This document shows, one piece after another, positions 1 to 6,357 of a stretch of 12,277 nucleotides of DNA (position 1 is the first letter of the stretch; every line of letters starts with the position of its first letter). The position numbers were made by a program, and so were the translations under genes. The DNA comes from Deinococcaceae bacterium (GTDB lineage: Bacteria; Deinococcota; Deinococci; Deinococcales; Trueperaceae). The notes under the pieces were generated by a model. The model was not told the DNA's origin. It did not search any database and was given only the letters and a program-made list of their open reading frames with translations. Location: contig JBDZWC010000092.1 in NCBI GenBank assembly GCA_040256005.1, positions 1 through 12,277 on the forward strand. The letters run 5' to 3'.

Positions 1-158
1 ATCCTCGTGCCCGACACGAATCATTGCTGCCACTTTCTGGCCACTATGCAGAAGGTTGTAAGTGGCTCTGACGCCAAAAAGACATGAGGGCATGCCCGGC
101 CGCACACACGGGCCGCGGCCGAAGACGGATATCGCGAAGGGCCCTCGTCAGGCGCCCA

Positions 159-542
159 CTACGGCTTCGGCAGATTGACGGTAAGCAGTCCGGCCTGCAG
201 ATGAGCCGTCACCCGCTCGGGGTCAACCGGCGATGGCAGCCGGATCGTGCGCTGGAACGGGCCCACGGGCCTCTCGGTGAACACCGGCGTGGCGTCGGCC
301 AGGATGCCGTCCCTGATGCCAGCGATGAGCAGTTCGTCGCCCTGCACCGCGATCTCGAGGTCGCCCTGCGCTACGCCGGGAACCTCGACATGCACCAGGA
401 AGGCGTCACCGGTGTCGTGAAGGTCCGCTCTGGCAACGAGAGGAGAGGCCGCGCCGTGCGCGCTGGCAAGGCGATCGATGCTCTCCTTGACGGCGATCAG
501 CTCCTCTATGTCGCCGGCGGTGCCGTACTTCTGGATCTTCAT
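159..542 (-). CDS. Hsp20/alpha-crystallin family small heat shock protein (127 aa)
   Basis: Alpha-crystallin motifs 'DLHDTGDAFLVHVEVPGV', 'ERPVGPFQRTIRLP..VDPERVTAHLQAGLLTVNLPK'. Confidence 0.93.
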   Translation of the reverse strand: MKIQKYGTAGDIEELIAVKESIDRLASAHGAASPLVARADLHDTGDAFLVHVEVPGVAQGDLEIAVQGDELLIAGIRDGILADATPVFTERPVGPFQRTIRLPSPVDPERVTAHLQAGLLTVNLPKP

Positions 543-548
543 CGGGGC

Positions 549-557
549 ATCGTAGCA
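549..557 (-). promoter_or_regulatory. Extended -10 (TGcTACGAT) 6 nt before the hsp20 ATG; leaderless promoter
   Basis: Minus strand reads TGCTACGAT-gccccg-ATG, with no SD sequence. Confidence 0.7.
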
Positions 558-601
558 CCGGCCTCAGGCGGCCTTGTAGGCCCCGTTGTGGGCTCGGCGA
601 C

Positions 602-610
602 TGCTAGCTT
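602..610 (+). promoter_or_regulatory. Extended -10 (TGcTAGCTT) 6 nt before the miaA GTG; leaderless promoter
   Basis: Plus strand reads TGCTAGCTT-taccgc-GTG, with no SD sequence. Confidence 0.7.
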
Positions 611-616
611 TACCGC

Positions 617-1555
617 GTGGCAGACGAAGAACCGCACCTCGCGACGTCCGGCCGAAAGGTGCCGGCGATCGTAGGGCCGACAGCGTCGGGGAAGAGCGCG
701 GCGGCTCTGGCGCTGGCTCAGGAGTTCGGTCTCGAGATCGTCAGCGCCGACTCGATGCAGGTCTACACGGGGCTCGACATCGGCACCGCCAAGCCGTCCG
801 CCGAGGAGCAGCGGGCGGTACGACACCATCTGATCGACGTGGCCTCACCGGAGGAGCGCTTCACGGTCGCGAGGTTCGTTGAGCTGGCCGAAGAGGCCAT
901 CGCAGAAGTGCTCTCCCGTGGCGTCACGCCGCTCGTGGTCGGTGGCACCGGCTTCTACCTAAAGGCGCTGCGCGAGGGCGTGCCTACGGCACCAGAGGCG
1001 AACCCCGAGCGGCAGGCGCCGCTATGGAGAGCGGTCGAGGAGGGGAAGCTCGCGGAGCTCGTCGCAGAGCTGCGCGCGGCCTCGCCCGCCGACGCCGAGC
1101 GCGCCGCCGGCAACCCCCGCCGGGTCGTGAGGAGCGTAGAGATCCTGCGCGCCACCGGCAGGCCACCGTCGGACTTCCCGTTCACGACGCCGCGCTTCGA
1201 GTACGAGGTGTTCCTTCTCGATCCGCCCGCAGACCGGCTGCGGCAGCTCATCGAGGAACGCGCGCGCCGGCAGCTGGAGACGGGTCTACTGGACGAGGCT
1301 CGAGCCCTGCTTACGATCGCGGACCGCTCGCCTACGGCACTGCAGGCGATCGGCTACAAGGAGGTCTTCCCGTACCTGCGCGGTGAGGCGACCCTCGAGG
1401 AGGTAACGACCGCGCTGGTCGACGTCACTGCCCGCTACGCCAAACGCCAGCGGACCTGGTTCCGGCGTGAGCCTAGGGTGCATAGGCTCGAGATGACCGG
1501 TGAGGAGGCCCTGCCGCAACTGCGCCGCATGATGCGGGAGATGGACCTGGTCTAG
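617..1555 (+). CDS. miaA: tRNA (adenosine(37)-N6)-dimethylallyltransferase
   Basis: P-loop GPTASGKS, DSMQVY..LDIGTAKP, HHLID, VGGTGFY, QAIGYKE, YAKRQRTWFR. Confidence 0.98.
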   Translation: MADEEPHLATSGRKVPAIVGPTASGKSAAALALAQEFGLEIVSADSMQVYTGLDIGTAKPSAEEQRAVRHHLIDVASPEERFTVARFVELAEEAIAEVLSRGVTPLVVGGTGFYLKALREGVPTAPEANPERQAPLWRAVEEGKLAELVAELRAASPADAERAAGNPRRVVRSVEILRATGRPPSDFPFTTPRFEYEVFLLDPPADRLRQLIEERARRQLETGLLDEARALLTIADRSPTALQAIGYKEVFPYLRGEATLEEVTTALVDVTARYAKRQRTWFRREPRVHRLEMTGEEALPQLRRMMREMDLV

Positions 1556-1632
1556 TTGGCGGCTCGGTGCGGCCGCGTCGGCGCGCAGGCTAGTTGGCTG
1601 GCTCGGTGCCGGGCACGTCGTCGCGGTGCAGG
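1552..1632. repeat. Degenerate tandem duplication of the dnaJ 3' end (38 bp copy at 1552-1589, 43 bp original at 1590-1632)
   Basis: ctagttggc-ggctcggtgc-ggccgcgtcggcgc---gcagg aligns to ctagttggctggctcggtgccgggcacgtcgtcgcggtgcagg; 35 of 38 aligned bases are identical by manual alignment. Confidence 0.85.
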
Positions 1633-2738
1633 CGGTCCTTGATCTTGCCGAAGATGCCGCGCACCTTCTCGCCGACGGTCTCGTGCTCGTCAACGACCTC
1701 GCCCACCTCGACGGCGTACGCCTCGAGGTGCTCGCGGGCCTCGGACGACAGGCGGGTGGGCACGACCACCTTGGCGACGACCACGATGTCGCCTCTGCCC
1801 GACTGCCGCAGGCGCGGCATGCCACGGCCGCGCAGGCGGAACTGGGTCATCGGCTGCGTGCCGGCAGGCAGGTCCAGCGGCTCGGTGCCTTCCATCGTGG
1901 GCACCTCGAACGCGCCGCCCAGCGCGGCCTGCGCGATGCCGATCTCCAGCTCGTGCACGAGGTCGTCGCCGTCGCGCGTGAAATGGGGGTGTGGTGCCAT
2001 CGTGACGTAGACGTAAAGGTCGCCCTTGGGTCCGCCGTCCACGCCGGCGTTGCCGGCCTGGGGCACCCGTAACCGGTAGCCGCCGTCGATGCCCTTGGGC
2101 AGCGGCAACTCGACCTCGGCCTGACGCAGCTGCCGGCCTCGGCCACCGCAGACGGTGCAGGGCTCGGTGATCACCTGGCCGTCGCCGCGGCACTCGGGGC
2201 ACGTGCGCGTGGTCATGACGGTGCCGAACAGCGACTGCGCCTGCGTGCGCACCTGGCCCACGCCGCCGCAGGTGGGGCAGTCGTGTTTGCCGTTGGAACC
2301 GGGCTCCGCGCGTTCGCCGTGGCAGTGCTCGCAGGCCTCCATGCGCTCGACCGGCACCTTCACGGTCTCGCCCGCCCACGCCTGCTCGAGCGTGACTTTG
2401 ACCTCTACCTCGAGGTCCTCGCCGGGGTGCCCGCGGGTGCGCCCCCTACCCATGCCCATCCCGGCCGCGCTGCCGCCGAACACCGAGGCGAAGATGTCAA
2501 AGATGTCCATGCCCATCGGCATGTCGCCCACGCTGCCGTAGCGGTCGTAACGCGCGCGCTTCTCCTCGTCGGAGAGAACAGCGTACGCCTCGTTGATCTG
2601 CTTGAACTTGTCCTCTGCGGCCTTGTCGCCGGGGTTCCTGTCGGGGTGGTACTTGAGCGCCAGACGCCGGTACGCGGCCTTGATGTCACCCGCGTCGGCG
2701 TGACGATCGACCCCCAGGAGCGCGTAGTAGTCGGGCAT
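1590..2738 (-). CDS. dnaJ: Molecular chaperone DnaJ (class A, with zinc finger)
   Basis: J-domain with HPD ([10 protein letters not shown]), short G/F region, four CxxCxG motifs (CEHCHG, CPTCGG, CPECRG, CTVCGG), C-terminal GDLYV domain. Confidence 0.97.
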   Translation of the reverse strand: MPDYYALLGVDRHADAGDIKAAYRRLALKYHPDRNPGDKAAEDKFKQINEAYAVLSDEEKRARYDRYGSVGDMPMGMDIFDIFASVFGGSAAGMGMGRGRTRGHPGEDLEVEVKVTLEQAWAGETVKVPVERMEACEHCHGERAEPGSNGKHDCPTCGGVGQVRTQAQSLFGTVMTTRTCPECRGDGQVITEPCTVCGGRGRQLRQAEVELPLPKGIDGGYRLRVPQAGNAGVDGGPKGDLYVYVTMAPHPHFTRDGDDLVHELEIGIAQAALGGAFEVPTMEGTEPLDLPAGTQPMTQFRLRGRGMPRLRQSGRGDIVVVAKVVVPTRLSSEAREHLEAYAVEVGEVVDEHETVGEKVRGIFGKIKDRLHRDDVPGTEPAN

Positions 2739-2746
2739 GCGCCGGC

Positions 2747-2752
2747 AGTATA
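2747..2752 (-). promoter_or_regulatory. -10 element (TATACT) 8 nt before the dnaJ ATG; leaderless or near-leaderless promoter
   Basis: Minus strand reads TATACT-gccggcgc-ATG, with no SD sequence. Confidence 0.65.
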
Positions 2753-2792
2753 ACTACGGCCCCTGGCGGCCGGGATGCGACGGGTTACTGCC

Positions 2793-3176
2793 TCAAGCCC
2801 CCTTGCGCTGCAGAGCCTGCAGGCGCTTGGCGGCCTCATCTGGATCCAGGTCGCCCTTCTCGAGGAGATCGAGCACCTCGGCGCGCTCCTCGCTGGTGTC
2901 CGGCTCGGCCTCGTAGCCCAGCGCCAACAGGAGCTTCTCGAAGCGCAGGCGGATCGTCGGGTAGCTCAGGCCGAGGATCCTCTCGACCTCCTTGAGGTTG
3001 CCGCGCACCTTCACGAATATGCGCAGGAACTCGAGGTTCTCCTCGGGCAGCATGGCGAACTCGTTCGGCGTGAAGCGCCCTTCGATGGTGACCCCGCTCT
3101 CCTCGCATTCGAGCTTCGTGACGAGCAACGGGCCGCCGGTGACGGGGCAGCGGGTGGGCATGGGGAGCATGGGCAT
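2793..3176 (-). CDS. DUF2089 family protein (degenerate Zn-ribbon + HTH + C-terminal SHOCT-like helix pair)
   Basis: 'CPVTGG..LECEESGVTIEGRF', 'GNLKEVERILGLSYPTIRLR' HTH, C-terminal 'EERAEVLDLLEKGDLDPDEAAKRL'. The start overlaps the upstream stop (TGATG). Confidence 0.9.
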   Translation of the reverse strand: MPMLPMPTRCPVTGGPLLVTKLECEESGVTIEGRFTPNEFAMLPEENLEFLRIFVKVRGNLKEVERILGLSYPTIRLRFEKLLLALGYEAEPDTSEERAEVLDLLEKGDLDPDEAAKRLQALQRKGA

Positions 3177-3664
3177 CAGATGACCTCGATGGTGATTTGA
3201 GTGCTGTCGCCGCCGGGTTCGGTGGCGTCCACGTCGACGATCTTGCCTTCCGCCAGGTCCTCGGCGGCGGTGTCGAGGAGCTCGCCCAGGTCGATGCCTT
3301 GGGCCTGCAGCTCCTCACGGGCGTTGTGTGGGAGGAAGCGGAGCGCGAACTTGGCGAGAGCGTAAGGGACGTTGACGTCCACGTTCGTGGCCTCGCCGCC
3401 CGCCTTGGTCGCTTCTACCTTGATGCGCACGAAGCGGGGTCGCTTGGCGCCCGGGGCCCGGGCCATGGGGAAGCTCGAACGAGCCAGTTCGAACGCGGGA
3501 TCGGGCGAGCGCGGCACCTGCGGGGCGCGCGGCATGGGCGGAAGCGGCAACGACTCCGCCGGCGTGGGCCCGAGCGCCTTGAGCAGGACCGCAGCCTGGT
3601 CAGCCGTGACCTTGCCGGCCGCGAGCATGTCGAGGATCCGGCGCCTGTCGTTGGAGCTAGCCAT
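3176..3664 (-). CDS. SHOCT-like (YvlB/LiaX N-terminal-like) domain protein, 162 aa
   Basis: N-terminal 'DRRRILDMLAAGKVTADQAAVLLKAL', Pro-rich linker, C-terminal alpha/beta region 'RFVRIKVE..NVDVNVPYALAKF..GKIVDVD..ITIEVI'. SD AGGAG lies 5 nt before the ATG; 8-nt overlap with the upstream gene. Confidence 0.8.
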   Translation of the reverse strand: MASSNDRRRILDMLAAGKVTADQAAVLLKALGPTPAESLPLPPMPRAPQVPRSPDPAFELARSSFPMARAPGAKRPRFVRIKVEATKAGGEATNVDVNVPYALAKFALRFLPHNAREELQAQGIDLGELLDTAAEDLAEGKIVDVDATEPGGDSTQITIEVI

Positions 3665-5072
3665 CGGCGCTCCTCTGCGTCATCACGTCGAGGTCACCGG
3701 TCGTCACCCTCAGGTCGAGGGTCGCCGAGCCGTCGCCCAAGGTGCCTTCGATCGAACCGCCGAGGCCCGAGCCGCTGCGGTGCAGTCCTGTCACCCGGGC
3801 ATCGGCGTCCCCGATCGAGACGCGGCCCTTCACCCGCGCGTTGACGTCGTGGGGCAGCCTGACGTTGAGGTCCCCAGCGCCGATGGTGACGATGTGGTAG
3901 CCCGGCCGCGGGTCGATTGTCGCGGTGAACTCTCCTGCGGTCATCCCGAAGTCCACGCCCTCGAGCGTGTCGGCGTTCAGCTCGCCGGCTCGCATGCGTC
4001 CTCGCAGGAAGCGCACGCCGCGCAGGGTGACATCGCCGGCGGTGGCTTGGAGGTTGAGGCCGTAGTCGGGTGGCACCTGGACCTTGAGCTCGCCGGACTT
4101 GAGGCTGGTCACGATGCGGTCGATGAACGTGCCGCGTTCGGGCATGAACTGGATGCGGTAGCCGTCGTCGGTCTCCTGGATGTCGAAGTGGCCCGGCCCA
4201 CCCTCCGCGATCGGCCCCGTGAGGCCGGGCACAGCCTTGACCTTCAGCTCACCTGCCAACATCTCGACCGAGATCCACTTGGTGCCGGCAGGGGCGATGC
4301 CGGCGCCTGGACGGGACGCCTCGTCTGGTTGATCCGCCGCCCCTTTCAGGTCTGCGGAGACGGCGCGCATCGCGTCCCTTGAGGTCCTGGCGGCATCGCG
4401 CGACGCGCGACGCGCTTCCCTGGCAGCCTCCCGCGCAGCGTCCCGCGCGGTCCGCATCGCCTCGCGGGCGGCGTCGCGGCCCTGCCTGGCGGCCTCCCTG
4501 GCTGCCTCGCGGGCCTTCTCCATCGCTTCCTGCGCCTGGTCTCGAGCGCGCTCCCGCGCCTCTTGCGCGGCCCTCAGCGTGGCGTGGAGAGACATCGCCT
4601 CTTCCATCCGCTTGTCGACGCGCTCGTCGTAGTGCGGCTCCGCGTCCTGTTCGGTCTCGCGGGTGTCTTGTGGTCTCGCTGCCGGGTCGCCTGGGCCGTT
4701 GTCCTGCGCCTGGGCGGCTGGTGCCGGTCGCTCTTGCGGGGGCTGTTCCGGTTCGGCCGGCTGTGGTTGCACGTCTGGCGCTGCAGCGGCGGAGGCGTTC
4801 GAGCTGGAGGTAGGGGCCGCCTGCGCAGCGTCCGCCGAGCTTAGCTGGCTCTCGTACTCCTCCTCGAACGCCCGGTCGAACTCGGCGTCCAGCTCCTCCT
4901 CGTTCCGGAGGTCGTCCTGACGATCGGCAGATGCTGAGCCTGCGCTACCCGCGGCAGCGAGCCTCTCACCGGCCGCGTCCACCTCGCGCAGGACCGCGAT
5001 CAGATGCTCGCCCTCCTCGGGCGTGATCTGCCCGTCCGCCACCATCTGCCTGATCCTGTCGACGTCGTTCAA
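3657..5072 (-). CDS. SHOCT-like N-terminus + disordered linker + 11-mer helical repeats + DUF4097/Toastrack-like beta-repeat domain, 471 aa
   Basis: N-terminal 'DRIRQMVADGQITPEEGEHLIAVL'; C-terminal recurring AGEL/AGDV/AGEF/AGDL/IGDA/TGDL beta-turn motifs and 'GTLGDGSATLDLRVTTGDLDV'. TTG start with SD AGGAG 6 nt upstream. Confidence 0.8.
   Translation of the reverse strand: MNDVDRIRQMVADGQITPEEGEHLIAVLREVDAAGERLAAAGSAGSASADRQDDLRNEEELDAEFDRAFEEEYESQLSSADAAQAAPTSSSNASAAAAPDVQPQPAEPEQPPQERPAPAAQAQDNGPGDPAARPQDTRETEQDAEPHYDERVDKRMEEAMSLHATLRAAQEARERARDQAQEAMEKAREAAREAARQGRDAAREAMRTARDAAREAAREARRASRDAARTSRDAMRAVSADLKGAADQPDEASRPGAGIAPAGTKWISVEMLAGELKVKAVPGLTGPIAEGGPGHFDIQETDDGYRIQFMPERGTFIDRIVTSLKSGELKVQVPPDYGLNLQATAGDVTLRGVRFLRGRMRAGELNADTLEGVDFGMTAGEFTATIDPRPGYHIVTIGAGDLNVRLPHDVNARVKGRVSIGDADARVTGLHRSGSGLGGSIEGTLGDGSATLDLRVTTGDLDVMTQRSADG
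4347..4577 (-). repeat. Seven 11-residue (33-nt) imperfect repeats in the 471-aa protein (aa 166-242)
   Basis: LRAAQEARERA|RDQAQEAMEKA|REAAREAARQG|RDAAREAMRTA|RDAAREAAREA|RRASRDAARTS|RDAMRAVSADL. Confidence 0.8.
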
Positions 5073-5142
5073 TGCCTTCTCCTGTCGGTGTTCGTTGGCG
5101 TCGGCGGGCCGCCGGTATGCGCTAACGAGCCGCTCGCTTCCG

Positions 5143-5331
5143 TTAGCGTGCCGCCGCGACTCGCGGAGCGGGTTCGCCGTCGAGGCTGGCGGCGAGTCGC
5201 CGCAGCCCTGTGGCGATCCGGCGTGCCAGCTGGGAACGACCAGCCTGGCTAGCCTGCGTCAACGCCTGGCGTTCTCTATGGAGCGCCTCGACCTTCTCGT
5301 TGCTCATCCGCATCAGGTGCTCGTACGACAT
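5143..5331 (-). CDS. Small hypothetical protein (62 aa), first gene of the operon, with a basic amphipathic C-terminal helix
   Basis: Perfect SD AAGGAGG (5338-5344) 6 nt before ATG 5331, directly after a near-consensus promoter; sequence MSYEHLMRMS...LARRIATGLRRLAASLDG. Confidence 0.8.
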   Translation of the reverse strand: MSYEHLMRMSNEKVEALHRERQALTQASQAGRSQLARRIATGLRRLAASLDGEPAPRVAAAR

Positions 5332-5351
5332 GGCCAACCTCCTTGGCGATG

Positions 5352-5380
5352 ATGCTAAGGCAGGGTTGAGAGATTGTCAA
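5352..5380 (-). promoter_or_regulatory. Sigma70-type promoter TTGACA-N17-TAGCAT for the four-gene operon
   Basis: -35 TTGACA at 5380-5375, 17-bp spacer, -10 TAGCAT at 5357-5352, then SD and ATG. Confidence 0.85.
5366..5380. promoter_or_regulatory. Candidate operator TTGA-N7-TCAA overlapping the -35 element
   Basis: ttga-gagattg-tcaa; further GTTGA half-sites lie upstream near 5397 and 5415. Confidence 0.4.
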
Positions 5381-5388
5381 GTCGCTGT

Positions 5389-6309
5389 TTATAGACGTTG
5401 AGGTTGTGCTTGCTGTTGACCCTTCGCGGCGCCCTCCTCTAGCGCCAAGATGTAAGCACCGTCTTCGAAGCCCGTGACGGTGTACCCGTGTGCCAGTAGT
5501 GTGGCGAGCGTCGCCCTGTGGGCGCTGCGCCAGGCGAGAGCCGCGTTCCGGTCGGCGAAAACGTCTAGGCCTTCGGCCGGCGCGGCGACGCGGACGAACG
5601 AAGGCCTGTCGCGCGGCCCACCGCGGCTCGCCTTGTTGAGGGCCCCGAGATCTTGCCTGGGTTCGCCGTCGGCCCCACACACCAACAGCCAGTGGTCGCT
5701 GGCGGGTCCGTCCGGTGCCGAGTCCTCGGCCGAGTCCTCGAGCGGCTCCGCGCCCGCCGCCCGGGACACGTCCCACAGCGCGAGCAGCCTGTCGCTGGCG
5801 ATCCCGCCACCCAGGGCGCCCGGCATGGGCCCGTAGACGTCGACCAAGTAGTCATGCGCGCGCGCCCCCAGGATGGAGAGGTTGAAACGCGCGTTCTTGG
5901 CGAGCAGGGGGTCGAAGGTCCAGCTGATCCACGCCAGCCCGTGGCGGCGGCACCATTCGGCTTGATAGCCCTTGAGCGCCCGACCCACGCCCGAGCTGCG
6001 GTGCTCCGGCAGGACGGCAGCCATGTGGGAGTGCATACCGGTCCCGGCCATGCCCCTACCGTGGGGCGCGGCGACGAAGCCGTACGCGAACCCCACCAGC
6101 TCGTGACCCACGAACGCGCCGATGACGAGCCCGCCGGCGTGAGCGGCGGCGGACATGGCCGTGGCCGGCACGATCTCGAGGTCCTCGACCCCCCACACCG
6201 TTCGCTGCAACGACTCGACCGGCCGCAGCTCGGCGACCGTGGACAGCTCTCGCAGCTCGACGTGAGCCCCGACGCGACCTATCTCGACGTCTACATCCGT
6301 GCCGGTCAC
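5389..6309 (-). CDS. GNAT family N-acyltransferase (COG3375-like, related to D-amino-acid N-succinyltransferases)
   Basis: 'LQRTVWG', 'HSHMAAVLPEHRSSGVGRALK' (acyl-CoA motif A), 'WTFDPLLAKNARFNL..LGA', 'YGPM', 'SDRL'. Confidence 0.88.
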   Translation of the reverse strand: MTGTDVDVEIGRVGAHVELRELSTVAELRPVESLQRTVWGVEDLEIVPATAMSAAAHAGGLVIGAFVGHELVGFAYGFVAAPHGRGMAGTGMHSHMAAVLPEHRSSGVGRALKGYQAEWCRRHGLAWISWTFDPLLAKNARFNLSILGARAHDYLVDVYGPMPGALGGGIASDRLLALWDVSRAAGAEPLEDSAEDSAPDGPASDHWLLVCGADGEPRQDLGALNKASRGGPRDRPSFVRVAAPAEGLDVFADRNAALAWRSAHRATLATLLAHGYTVTGFEDGAYILALEEGAAKGQQQAQPQRL

Positions 6310-6316
6310 GTCCTAG

Positions 6317-6322
6317 AGGATA
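6317..6322 (-). promoter_or_regulatory. -10 element (TATCCT) 7 nt before the GNAT GTG; probable leaderless promoter
   Basis: Minus strand reads TATCCT-ctaggac-GTG. Confidence 0.6.
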
Positions 6323-6357
6323 TTCAGTGGTAGGCGGCCGGCTGGCGTCTCGTCAGC

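Noticed and set aside
1..24. Possible start of a minus-strand gene (MIRVGHED) running off the window edge
   Set aside because: Only 8 codons are visible. It loosely recalls an IspF N-terminus but does not match well enough to call.
84..674. 196-aa plus-strand ORF and the many other antisense or alternate-frame ORFs (e.g. 3372-4382, 1690-2379, 5653-6333)
   Set aside because: Shadow ORFs of well-supported genes in GC-rich DNA, with no recognisable motifs.
4347..4577. Periodic DNA sequence as a possible CRISPR array or mobile repeat
   Set aside because: The periodicity is in-frame and degenerate at the DNA level, with no repeat-spacer structure; it reflects protein 11-mer repeats.
5332..5337. 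TTG start at 5337 for the small ORF in the ORF track
   Set aside because: It abuts the SD; ATG 5331 has optimal 6-nt spacing.
5365..5381. Resemblance of TTGAG...TCAAG to the HspR HAIR operator
   Set aside because: Spacing is too short for CTTGAGT-N7-ACTCAAG and the inner bases do not match.
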